This document shows positions 51,356 through 64,000 of a DNA stretch of 64,000 nt, piece after piece. The DNA lies in NCBI GenBank assembly GCA_951406725.2, contig OX597833.1, positions 47,244,001 through 47,308,000 of the forward strand. Reading direction: 5' to 3'. Made by a program: the position numbers and the translations under genes. Numbering within the stretch: position 1 is the first letter of the stretch; the number at the start of each line of letters is the position of its first letter. This DNA is from Octopus vulgaris. Its lineage: Eukaryota. The notes below the pieces were generated by a model. The model ran no database searches, was not told where the DNA came from, and saw only the letters and a list, made by a program, of their open reading frames with translations.

Positions 51356-52531
51356 ACGGGATATACTGTCTAGAAATGAGCCGTAGAAATTAATAGCTTC
51401 TTCAATACCTTGCAGTTGTAACATAAAGATTTTTCTTGTACAAAGTATTTTGCAGAAAGCTTGATAAAAATGGGGGGAAATGTTTAGAGCAATAATTTGA
51501 TAATTATATAAGTAGCTAAAATAAAAAGAAACTTGGAAATATAATCTTAGTGTATTCATTGAAATATTTACATATGAATTCATAATATTTTGGCACCTCA
51601 TCATCAAAATAGCAGAAAATTCTAAGATAATTTTACTGTTTATATACACTCTGTTATGTGTGTGTACATATCATCATTATAGTGTAACGTCCGCTTTCCA
51701 TGCCAGCATGGGTTGGACGATTTGACTGAGGTCTGGCAAACCAGATGGCTGGCAGAGTTTCTACAGCTGGATGCCCTTCCTAATGCCAACCACTCCGAGA
51801 GTGTAGTGGGTGCTTTTACGTGCCACCGGCACGAGGGCCAGTCAGGCGGTACTGGCAACGGCCATGCTCAAGTGGTGCTTTTTATGTGCCACCTGCACAG
51901 GAGCCAGTCCAGCGGCACTTGTAACAACCTCGCTCGAATGTTTTTTCACATTCCACCAGCACAAGTGCTATATGTGTATATCTATCTACTTACCTACCCC
52001 CCCACACACACACAGACATAACAGTACACAGCTCAGTGGTTAGTGTCGGGCTTACAGTCATGCAGTTGTGTTCTTGAGCAAGGTACTCAATTTCACATTG
52101 CTCAGCTGTAGAAATATGTTGTGACTTCAATGATGCCAAGCTGTATCAGCCTTTGCCCTTTCCCTTGAACGGCATCAATGGCATGAAGAAGGGAGACTGG
52201 TATGCATGGATGACCGCTGGTCTTTCACAAATAACCTTGTCTGGACTTGTGCCTTGGAGGGGAACTTTCTTGGTGCAATCCCATGGTCATTCATGATCGG
52301 AGGTGGTTTTTACTCTTTATGTAGGCACAGGCATACATGTGAGGTAAGAGGTTTGTTACTCAATCACATGGTTCCAGGTTCACTCCCACTGCATGGCACT
52401 TTGGGCATTTTCAACTATAGCCCTGGGCTATAGTAGACTGAATTTGGTTGACAGAAACTGAAAGAAGCCCATCATATATATATATATGTGTGTGTGTGTG
52501 ATGATGATAATATATATATATATATATACAT

Positions 52532-52562
<31 letters not shown>

Positions 52563-53910
52563 TATATATATATATACATATATATATAGGCGGTGCCCCA
52601 GCATGGCCACAGCTCATGAGCTGAAACTAGATAAAATAAAATAAAAAATCTGTGCAGGTGGCACGTAAAAAATCACCCACTACACTCGCGGAGTGGTTGG
52701 CGTTAGGAAGGGCATCCAGCCGTAGAAACACTGCCAGATCTGACTGGGCCTGACGAAGCCTTCCAGCTTCACAGACCCCAGTTGACCCGTCCAACCCATG
52801 CTAGCATGGAAAGCGGACGCTAAACGATGATGATATATATATACTTTTAGGATTTATAGATCCTAAAATTGCAGAACAATTCATTACTGGGTGGTTTAAC
52901 TTAAAGGTAAAGCACTTGACGTGTAATCACAGGGATGTGAGTGCAAGTTTCATGGCTGGCCGGCTGGTAATGATTTTTTCTGCAATATATGGATAGTTTA
53001 TCCTGTTCATGCTATTGTATTAGTATTATCCTGTGTTTGAGAAAAAAATTATTTCTGTATCTTTCAATACATCTCAATGCTTCTATAGCAAACTTTGTTT
53101 ACTTTCATCATAAGTTGAATTTCTTTGATTAAAATTTATTTAGTAAGACCTTTTTTTATTATATGAAAATTTTCCAGTGAAGTGTAATTATCTTTTATTT
53201 TTGTGTAAAATTCATGTTATGAAAACATAATTTTGTATCTTTATTTTCATACATATAGGGTATATAATAGATATTTATCTCTTGTTTTATTGAAATTTTT
53301 GTGTGGTACAAAGTTTGCTTCCCAACCACATGGTTCCAGGTTCAGTCGCACTCTAAGACACCTTGGGCAGGTGTCTTCTGCTATGGTCCTGGGCCAACCA
53401 AAGCCTTGTGAATGGATTTGGTATGTGGAAATTAAAAGAAGTCAAGCGGTGGTAGGACATACACATATACACACATACAATGGTATGTGTGTATATGTGT
53501 GTGTCCCACCACTGCTTGACAACTATTTATGTCTCCATAACTTAGCTGTTCAGCATAAGGGGCTGATAAAATAAGTAACTTGGCTTTAAAAACAAAGAGT
53601 GAGTGTGGGGTCAATTCTGTTCAACTAAAACCCTTCAAGGTGGTGCCCCAGCATGGCCACAACCCAATCACAGAATCAAGTAAAAAATAGGTGGCACGTA
53701 AAAAGCACCCACTACACTCTCGGGGTGGTTAGCGTTAGGAAGGGCATCCAGCTGTAGAAACTCTGCCAGATCAAGACTGGAGCCTGGTGCAGCCATCTGG
53801 TTGCCAGCCCTCAGTCAAAATCGTCCAACCCATGCTAGCATGGAAAACGGACGTTAAATGATGATGATGATGATATATATATATATATATAAATTTAGTA
53901 CATATTTTTC

Positions 53911-53949
<39 letters not shown>

Positions 53950-54767
53950 TACAAACAGTTTGACCTGCTACACAAATATAAGTGTGTGTGTGTGTATTTA
54001 CATATGCATGTGTCTTTATGTAAATCTGTGTGCGTGTGTATTTGTTCTTTGCATACATACTTATATGCTGCTAGGCATCAGTTAAAAGAATCAGACATCA
54101 AATTTAATATTCAGTCCACATAGCATTCTATTCTTAACTCTGCTTTTGTATTGCAAACATGTGATTTTTAGTTTTGATTTTCATTTGGAATCAGTCTTTT
54201 GAAATAAATAAATCTCTTTAATAATGAATGCATAGATTTTTGTATCTTCTTGTCTGTTGTTTTCCACTTTTGTGTCCCTTTCTTAAGTTTCCGTGGGATT
54301 TGGCTACAAATGTTTTGATGTTAGTTGTATGAGACTACCTCTCTGCTATTTCATCTAAATCTCTCTCTGTCTCTCTCTCATATACACCTTGCATGTATAC
54401 ACAACTGCCTAAAAATAAGCGAGACCTGCACATGGCTGTTTGACCTGCTCAGAATAGCCATGCATAGCCAAATTTTTAAAATCTTACCCTGTGGGCTCAA
54501 CAAAAGACGGATACATTAGATCATGTTTTTCACTCTACACTACTTTTTTTTCGATGGTGTGGTCATTTTTGGAATGCTCTTTGATCATAATTTTGCTCAT
54601 TCAGAACTGAGCCGGGGCTGAAAAAACAGCACAGTCTTGTACAATTCACAGTTATTCACATGCATGCATGTGCATACACGTGAGTAATACGCATATGCTC
54701 AAATGTTGTTCGTGCAAACCACGTTCTCCCTCTCCCTCCATTTTACAAATATATATATATATATAGA

Positions 54768-54815
<48 letters not shown>

Positions 54816-55564
54816 CCTACATTCATGAGGAAGAAGGAGATTTATGAGACTCTTCATAGCATCAACACATACACACATGTACACATGCATACACACACAC
54901 ACACACACTTGTACATATACACACTTTATCATCTTTGTCAGGAAAGCAAACCACACACATACGCACGTTTATTTCTTGTCATACGTGCACCCAATTACAA
55001 AAAGGGAAAGCAGGGGGGGAAAAAAAATCAATAACATTGAACAAAGGATCTTTCACACATGCAGTGTGACATATTCAAACTTGGCTCGTTTCTTATTTTA
55101 CATTCCCAGTTTTGTTGTTCTAGCTTTTGTTTTTCTTACCGTTGTAAAAATTCATTTATTTATTATTTTAGTATAGAGATTATGGAGATTGTTGTTTCAG
55201 ACATAAATATGTGTGCATGCATATGTATGTGTGTGTATGTATATATATGTATAATTTTCACTATTGCTACAGTTTATGGTTGTGTAAGGGACACAGTCTG
55301 GGAACCCCAGTAAAAAGGTCATGAGCACTGCCTTTTGTCCTAAACTATATGTACATATATGAGTGTGTGGTGTGTGTGTGTGTGTGTGTGTGTGTATACA
55401 TATATATATATATAGAGAGAGAGAGAGAGGTCGACTTTGCCTTTCATCCTTTCGGGGTCGATAAATTTAGTACCAGTTACGCACTGGGTTTGATATAATC
55501 GACTTAATCCATTTGTCTGTCCTTGTTTGTCCCCTCTATGTTTAGCACCTTGTGGGTAGTAAAG

Positions 55565-55647
<83 letters not shown>

Positions 55648-57471
55648 TAGGTAGATAGATGTAAATATGTGTGTGTGTATATATATATATATAGAGAGAG
55701 AAATGTGTGTGTATGTATGTATGTATAGATATAAATATGTGTGTGTACATATAGGTAGATATAAATGTGTGTGTGCATATATATATATATATATACATAT
55801 ACACACACACGCACACATACATTCATACATACATACACTAGCAATGCATCCTGGCGTTGCCTGGGTATTATGTCCCACAGCCACATTGTATTATTTCTTC
55901 CTTTCTTATGGCCAGAATCAGCACAGCGTAATAGAAGTAATTGCTTGTTTGAAAGTGAAGGTGGGGTGGGTACAAGTTGCATGGGTTTGCATGAAAGTGC
56001 TTTCTGTTCTTAAGAAGGATCACAAACTATGTATTGTTTCATTGTATAAAACGGGGTTAATACGATTTTGCCCAGAAATCACATTTTCAAAATTTTTATT
56101 TCCCACTGTCTCCACTGCAATTTCTTAAATTGTAACTTTTTTTCAAATTTTTTTCTTTTTATCCACAGAAAAATACAGAGATTACGAGTGGGATTTTTTT
56201 TTCTTTTTTTTTTCCAAGTTTAATTTTTCTTAAAGAAACATTCAATAATCCCCACCCATCACCTACCTGCTTTCAAAAAGCTTAAACTTCCCACTGTTTC
56301 ACTTTTGCGTAGAATTGTATTGAAATAGTAGATGTAAAAAAAAACCACATCACCACCAGAAAACCTGACATGCTAGAAACAACAGGTAAACAACATTGTT
56401 TCTGAAGAAACTTCCCCACTTTCCAAAAAGCTAAAAGTGAAACATTGGGAATTTGTAGCTTTTTGAAAGTAGTGAGGCAGTATAGGTGGATGTTTGGGAA
56501 GGAGGTTTTTTGGGCGAAATCTTAATTTCCTGCATCGAAAACATAGGAATTGGAAGAAATTTAAGGAAAAAAAATAAGGAAGGGGTGCAAATGTCATCTC
56601 AGACATGCTAGAAATAACGGGTAAAGGACAGGATTTCTGGCAAAACTTCCTTTAAGTTTATATTGAAGATCAGGTTTTAAAATATGCTCCATCACAAACA
56701 CAAATTACAGAATAGAAAAAGGTCTTTTCAATTCGATTTGAGCTGTAATTTTGTGCATGCACACAGCGAGAAATAACAAAGTTTATACAGTTTTACCTAG
56801 TGTGTGTGTGTGTGTGTGCCAAAGGAAATTATTTTATGGCATTCTTTTGTTTAAAGCAGCAAAATTGTCAACTCAGTCATATGGTTGATCATATGGGATC
56901 ATATGATTATTCATTAATTTCCATAAATGTTTTTGTATTTCTTTATGCTTTGAAGACAGAAGAAATTGAAAGAGGGGAAAAAGTAAAAAGGCAACATTTG
57001 CGTTGAAGTGAGAGCAGAAAGTGAAAAATGTATGCACGTGCATGCGTGGGAGAGTGAATGAAGGTGTGTGTTGTCATGTATGTGTAAGTGATACTCAATT
57101 GCTCACTCTCTCTCTCTATCACACACACACACACACATCTTTCATATACACTTACATAAATACACGCATACATCATTTTTGTATGGATGTGTACATGTGC
57201 TTGTGAGAGAGAGAGTGACTGACTGTATTTCCTCAGAGAAATGGATGTCTTTTAATGAGTGACTAATTCAGATAAGCATTACTTTCATTATTCATACATC
57301 ATCACTCTCATAATGCAAGTTGAGAGTGGAGAGGTTGGTATTAAAAAGGGCATCCGGCTGCCAGATCAGATTGGTGTCTGCTGCAGCCGCCTGGCTTCCC
57401 AGACCCCAGTTGAACTGTCCAACCCATGCCAGCATGAAAAACGGATGTTAAAGGAGGAGGAGGAGAATGAT

Positions 57472-57640
57472 AGTTAAAATTTATAGAAAGCCAAAAGACA
57501 AAGACAGGTGTATGAATAACAAGCAAGTGTATAAGTTTGACGCTTGGGGAAAATGAATAAGTCTTTTACGTTTCAAGCCTATGCTCTTCAACAGAAAGGA
57601 ATAAGAGAAAATAAAAGAGAGAGAGAAGGAAAAAAAACTT
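57472..57640 (-). mobile_element. Penelope-like terminal-repeat fragment, copy of 35815-35990
   Basis: Minus strand CTTT-CTGTTGA-A-GAGC-ATAG-GCTT-GAAA-CG-TA-AAAG at 57562-57599. Confidence 0.65.
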
Positions 57641-57829
57641 ATAGATTTCAGCAGTCCAACATGTGTGTGTGTGTATATAACTATATATGTATGTATATAC
57701 TGTTTTAGCTCATTTGTTCTTTGTTTAATTTTCCCTGAGAGAATATTTAGTAGAATGTACGTAACCCACTTTCTTATGTGATGCAGCAGCAATTAGTTCA
57801 CGATAGCAGTAGGTTTAAATTCACTTATC

Positions 57830-57860
<31 letters not shown>

Positions 57861-57974
57861 GGTGGCGGCAGCGGCTGTGTGTGTGTGTGTGTGACCCATT
57901 TAGTTCTCCAAGGAGGCATGTGTTAGATGGGTTTTCTGAAGCAGCCCTTCATGGATGGTATACCATAATGTAAA

Positions 57975-58005
<31 letters not shown>

Positions 58006-58114
58006 CACACATGCATGCATACACCCATACACAATAAATATAGACAGTAGTTTGCAGTGTGACTGGGGTGTTAGCAGTGTAGGTGTTTATAACACCCTAG
58101 TCACATTTAGTGAC

Positions 58115-58161
<47 letters not shown>

Positions 58162-58601
58162 CAAGATGGGGGGGAAAATGTGAAAACAAACCTACACCAG
58201 TTCTCAAGTGTTGATGGAGGACAAACAACACTACACACGTACAATGGGCTTCTTTTAGTTTCCATCTACCAAATCCACTCATAAGGCTTTGGTTGACCTA
58301 TGCTATAATAGGAGACACTTATCCAAGGTGTCATGCAGTGGGATTATAAAAATATAATAGGATTTTTATAACATTGATTTGTTAGAAGGGGCTATCCGAG
58401 TAAAAAAGGAACCAAACAGTTCCATGAGTAAAAAGTGATTGAGAAACACTGCTGTAAATTTTTCTTTTTATATTCTTATTTCTTTTACATAATTTTGCTG
58501 AATGCTAATATCTGGTCATTACAAAATATTTATTATAAAGTTTACAAAATAACATATTTCATGTATTAAGGTTTGATTTTATTTTCAGTCAAGATTTAAA
58601 C

Positions 58602-59078
58602 TTAGAAATATTGAATTTCTAAATGTCTCAGAGAGACATAAGCGGTGGTGGAGCGATATAGTGGTTGTATACTGTCAACGCAACGTGACAGTCCCGTAAG
58701 GGAATTACACCACCACCATTTAGCCCTAGGAAACATAGACGTTTCCTGTCGGCTTTGACACATTTTCTGTGTCCGTATATTTGCAAAGGGGAGGCAATCA
58801 CCCCCACCAGCTGGGACTAGCACCTGAAGACATATGTTTCTGAGTGTATTGCTCGTCATCAGTCCAGGGTAATCAGTCTCGCTCGCTGAGATGACTGCAA
58901 CCTCTCTGCAAATATATCCTATTTTCATTAAATTTTATTTACTGATCACCAAAATTAGAAATATTGAATTTCTAAATGTCTCAGAGAGACATGAGCGGTG
59001 GTGGAGCGATATAGTGATTGTATACTGTCAACTCAATGTGACAGTCCCATAAGGGAATTACACCACCACCATTTAGCC
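58602..59078 (-). mobile_element. Retrozyme-like non-autonomous retroelement: 353-nt unit plus 125-nt terminal redundancy
   Basis: Direct repeats at 58602-58726 and 58955-59079; TSD CAAGATTTAAAC at 58590-58601 and 59079-59090; internal hammerhead. Confidence 0.85.
58815..58878 (-). ncRNA. Type I hammerhead ribozyme
   Basis: Minus strand GACUGAUUAC-CCUGGA-CUGAUGA-CGAGCAAUACACUCA-GAAA-CAUAUG-UC^-UUCAGG-UGCUAGUC; intact core and GUC cleavage triplet. Confidence 0.85.
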
Positions 59079-59111
59079 CAAGATTTAAACGGTAAATGTA
59101 AATCTGCTTAA

Positions 59112-60216
59112 CCCTGTAGCATTTAGACCAACCATATCTGGCTAAAATATTCTACATGTTCTATGTTCGAATCAGCAATATTTGGCCTCTCATACCTACC
59201 CTACAATGTTATTCTAAAAATAAACAATCACATCATCAAATTCTAGAGGGAACTAAGTAATGCATGATTAATTTAAAATAATGTGTGTAGGCTTGAAAGA
59301 AATGAAGCTAGTATGCTTCACTGGGTTTGCAATGACACTGTGCGTGTATAACAGTGTAAGCATCTTGAGAGAAAAGTTGGGGATAAGAGGCACCAGATGC
59401 AGTGTGCAAGTGAGACAACCTCATTGGTGTGGCCATGTGATACCTGTGTGGTAAGTATCTTGCTTACCAACCACATGGTTCCGGGTTCAGTCCCACTGCG
59501 TGGCACCTTGGGCAAGTGTCTTCTATAGCCTCAGGCCAACCAAAGCCTTGTGAGCGGATTTGGTAGACGGAAACTGAAAGAAGCCTGTCATATGTATGTA
59601 TATGTATGTCTGTGTTTGTCCCTCTCAACATCGCTTGACAACCGATGCTGGTGTGTTTACGTCCCTGTAATTTAGTGGTTCAGCAAAAGAGACCGATAGA
59701 ATAAGTACTAGGCTTAGAAAGAATAAGTCCTGGGGTCGATTTCCTTGACTAAAGGTGGTGCTCCAGCATGACTGAAACAAGTAAAATAATATGGACAAGG
59801 ACAGCAGTGTAAAGAAGTGTTGATCTCTAACTGTGGAGGGGTAAGCCTAGGAAGACATGGGACGAGGTGGTGAAGCATGATCAAGATCTTTGGTGATATG
59901 CTGTACTTGAGAAGACCTGTCAGGCCAAGTGAAATCATAGTCACAGCCAATGCTGGTGTCACGTAACTAGCACCCATACCAGTGGCATGTAAAAAGTATC
60001 TATTACTTTCTTGGAGTGGTTGGCATTACGAAGGGCAATCAGCTGTGGAAACCATGCCAAATCAGATTGGAACTTTGTGTAACTCTCCAGCTTACCAGTT
60101 TCAGTCAAACCATCTAACCCATACCAGCATGGAAAGCAGATGTTAAATGATGGTGATGACAATGAAAGTGAGTAAATAGGCATTACATTTGACAGAGTAA
60201 TCTGAATGCTAAAGAG
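59112..60216. mobile_element. TTAA-type MITE split by a nested SINE B (59446-59785) and an RTE end (59800-60160)
   Basis: Left end TTAA|CCCTGTAGCATT and right end AATGCTAAAGAG|CTAA; the body is the reverse complement of 15611-15820. Confidence 0.65.
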
Positions 60217-60410
60217 CTAAACTTCTTTATAAATCTTTGGCTTTTGGTTTTATCATCATCATCACTTAATGTCCGTTTTCCATGCTGGCATGGGGTTGGC
60301 TGGTTCGACTGAAAACTGGTAAGCCAGGGAGCTGCACTAGGCTCCGATCTGATTTGGCAAGATTTCTACAGCTAGTTGTCCTTCCTAACGCCAACCCCTC
60401 TAAGAGTGTT

Positions 60411-60731
60411 GTCAAAATCTCTCGTGGAAGCATCATCCAACCAAAATGCAAATATATGGGAAACTACCACTTGTGTCATCTCTTGTGAAGGGTTGGAGAG
60501 TCCAGTTTGCTGGACATTGTTGTAGAGCTGAAAACGAGGCAATTTCTACTCTTCTCCTCTGGAAGCCATCTGCTCACAATACCAGAGGGCGCACACTCTC
60601 CTACCCTAATGTAATCTCCAGGGATACAGGCTTCCAGCAACAGGATCTCCGTAATGCTATGATGGACCGTGAAGTCTGGCGTAGCATGGTAAATTCCATT
60701 GTCTCAACCACGGTCGAACAATGATGATGAT
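60411..60731 (+). mobile_element. RTE/RTE-X-like LINE 3' end, a different family with almost no 3' UTR
   Basis: QNLSWKHHPTKMQIYGKLP...FAGHCCR...LLLWKP...AMMDREVWR...* followed directly by (ATG)n; candidate TSD TGTTGT. Confidence 0.85.
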
Positions 60732-63249
60732 GTTGTATTTGTATGTGCCATTGACCTGACATCGACCACAACTATGGTGTCACTGCCTCCATGAGACTCA
60801 GTGCTCGAAGGGTACTTTTTATGTGCCAGTTGGCACTGGCATTGGCCACGACTATGATTTATCCCTCTCTCTCTCTTTCGGAGAGGCACTGAGCAGCTAT
60901 ACGCACACATACACACACGGCAGTAACTTCCACCTACCGAATTCAATCACAAAGCTCCGGTGGGACTGAACCCGAAACCATGTAGCTAGGAAGCAAGCTC
61001 CCTAACCACACAGCCATGCCCGCGTGTAAAATAAGAAACCAGCTAATCAACCATAATTTTTGTGTGTTCATTTTTAACATATGTTCAAGCAAACTGTTCT
61101 TTTTCACTCAGAATATTTTGAACACCTTTTAAATTTTAAATATTCTATTTAAAATTCATCCCAATGTAGATAACTTCAACAAATGAAAGAGAAGTAAAAT
61201 TTCTTGACATGTATTAGTTGTGGTAGGTCAGGTGTGTGTGCACGTGTGTACATGCACAGTTTCCATTGATGAAATCTTAGGTTTAGTCACAGAACAATGG
61301 ACCATTGGAAACTATTGATATCTTTGTATATTACTAATAATATACGTGTGGCCTGAGTCATTCACTCGATAGGACATGCTAATACTAGTTCAGCTTCACA
61401 TTTAAAATTTACTTTTGTATGCTAGGAAAATATGAAAACATTTTTCTTTTATTCTTGGTGGTGGGTGATGGGTGTGTTGCTATTTTGTACTTTAAACTTC
61501 AGTAACTAAAATTAGAATAATAATAAATTGCAAGACAAAAAGAAAAATTGAATACAGCAAAAATTGTTACTATTTTACAACTATGCATATCATCATCATC
61601 CTAATCATATGCCCATGTTCTGTACTGGCATGGGTTGGACAATTTGACAGCATCCAATGGGTCCAAGGACTGCGTTGTGCTCCAGTTCATTGTGTGTATG
61701 CATGCACACGTATAATATTTATATACATGATAGGCTTCCATACATTTTCTGTCTTCCAAAATCCACTCAGGAGGCTTTGACCTTTGACCAGCCTAGGGTT
61801 GTCGTAGAAGACACCCAACCTGCTATGTGGTTGTAAGGCAAACTTCTCAACCACACAACCTCAGTAGCACCTATGTATAAAAATGACGGGGTGATCTTCA
61901 GCTAAATGCTGCAACAACTACAGTCTGTATGGGATGTGCTGGTGAAGTGCTGGGTTGAAATATGTAGGGGGTGTTGATAAACTACAGTTTTGTGTAACTT
62001 ATGTTTATCCATCATCTGCAAATGAGTATGGCCTGGTTGTTTGTACCATGCTTTCACGAGTGGTTTGTTGGTGCCTTGAAGTTGCTAACAGATAATGATG
62101 CCGTCTTGGCCATTATACTCTTGACCTTGACCTGACAGAGTACTGAGGATGTGTCAGCAGGAGAAGAGATAGTTGTGCACCAACAGTCACCTGGTATTCT
62201 TTTTCAGTTTAGTAGACTGGAATAGTGTGAAGTGAAGTGCCTTGCTCAAGAACACAATGTGCTACTCAGTTCTAGAATTGAACCAATGACCTCGCACCTG
62301 GCAGCCTAACACCTTTAACTACTAGACTATGTTCTTTCATTTATGCCTATAGTTAGTCGCCATTACCCTGTAAGGAGCATAAGGCCAGTTTCCTGATTTA
62401 TCTTGCATATACATTTCCTCCCTGGATGAGAAGCTGGTCCATTGCAGGAATATTCATTTTTACCAGCTGAGTGGACTGGAGCAATGTAAAATTACGTGTT
62501 TTGTTAAGAAAACAATGCATCACCTGACCCAGGAATCAAATCCGCAATCTTACTATCATGAGCCCAACACCCTAACCATTAAGCCAGGTGCCTCCACAAT
62601 TGGCATCTATGCCTATAGGGGAATAAAATTATGATGAATGTTGGCTTCTTAATTATCTGATCCTGAAAAGGGGCTTCTGTTCATATTTGATATCAGGAAT
62701 TAAAACCTGAAATCTACAGCAGAAAATAATCTTTTAAATGAGCTGTTTATTGATTGTGACCTTGAAGGATGTATAAATGCACGATGATAACCTTGCTTTG
62801 TGTGTTGCTAAAGATATATGATAATTTAGTACTTACGCCTCACTCATCGTTACATATCATTACCTCTATTTGGTCTGTTTGACTTTTTGGCACCAGTCCA
62901 AACCATACATGTTTGATAGTTTATATTGTTTTCCTTTTCTTTTTAATATATACAACTAGCAATGGTATTTAGACATTCTGATAGCTCTATCTCATATTTA
63001 GTTTGAGGGAGGCTATTTAGAAAACTTAGTTTTAGACACAAATATCAGACTGATATTTCTGTCTGAAACAAAGAATTTTCTAAATAACTTGTCCTCGTAC
63101 TAAATACTTATGCTATTATTATCATTGATTAACAGACTGAAGTGACAATAAGTAGAATGATTAACAAAATGCTAAACAGTATTTAGTTACATTACTTAAA
63201 TTCTGAGTTCAGTTCCTAGTGAGGTCAGTGTAACTTTTCATTCTTGAGA

Positions 63250-63800
63250 GAAGGAGTACAGGTCAGGTCAGGTGTTCAAGTGATCTCTAAGGGCTCTGGA
63301 CTGTGTCCAAGTCTCGCAGTTGTAGAGCAAGATGGGAAGAACCAGAGATCTGAAGACCTGCACCTGTGTCCTCATGCAAATTATGAGAACCAGTTCAGCA
63401 TCCAGATTAAAGGCCTTGTGAGTATGTGTTTTGGCTTTTTGTGCTCCAAGGTGAAACTTAGTTTTTTTGTCCTTTCTGACCCATTAAAGTACCAGACCAG
63501 GACATTGGACCTTGTAGTAGACTATAAAAAAAAAAAAAAGAAATAGCATAGACCTTAAGAAAGAGTTTACATCATTCTTCTTAATCCTTTAACTCCACTT
63601 GAGCGCCAACAAGAGATCTTCATCTATCTCAATGTTTGGTAATGGGTTACAGCTTCCTTTTGACTTTCACTATGTTGCTTCATATGCAGTCTCTGAAAAC
63701 TACCTCCCCTTAACAGAATTAGTTTTCATCTGTCCTCTCATTGGTGTTTCAGTAACAGCGTAGAAAAGATAGTACAGGGCTGCTAACTCTGTGCCCATCA
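63250..63800 (-). pseudogene. Decayed RTE-type LINE fragment
   Basis: Minus strand QVFRSLVLPILLYNCETWT (RTE LLYGCETW motif) near 63300-63365. Confidence 0.6.
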
Positions 63801-64000
63801 CCCTCCTTTCTCAACCAGGCTAGGAACTGCCTATGGCAAAATTATTTGCGTCATTGTTACAGGCAATTTAAGCTGAGGTCACAAAGTACTCAAAAGAGCT
63901 ATGGTGCTGGTGGCAGCACTGGATTCAATTTATGCAACTATAACACTCCTCACAAATTTGTGTCTTTGTGCCTCTATTAAAATTCATTTATTATCATTCC

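Noticed and set aside
58602-58928. 108-aa ORF within the hammerhead element
   Set aside because: No recognisable motif, and it spans the ribozyme cleavage site; likely incidental.

Overview
Repeat-dense, AT-rich eukaryotic DNA. The SINE repertoire and microsatellite load point to an octopus (coleoid cephalopod) genome; this is my inference. No complete protein-coding gene is visible, and almost every ORF in the track is a microsatellite or SINE artefact. Host-gene signals are limited to one credible internal coding exon (798-882, +), a possible following exon (3404+), and a probable first exon with a 26-codon uORF (32077-32158, +) in a CpG-richer zone downstream of a pyrimidine-rich higher-order minisatellite. 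The rest is transposon debris: four tRNA-derived SINE families (labelled A-D here), RTE/CR1 LINE ends, mariner, Tc1 and Tigger relics, hAT-, Merlin- and piggyBac-type MITEs, non-autonomous Helitrons, a probable solo LTR and Penelope-like fragments with hammerhead motifs. Best leads: (1) a TSD-flanked 1.35-mer of a 353-nt unit carrying a full type I hammerhead ribozyme (retrozyme/circRNA-like, 58602-59078); (2) an old inverted duplication across 10.7-18.5 kb with an unusually conserved, ungapped 144-nt core; (3) a Helitron terminal hairpin whose loop is flipped between two copies; (4) one SINE head carrying five different 3' tails; (5) tandem candidate pseudoknots in an RTE 3' UTR.
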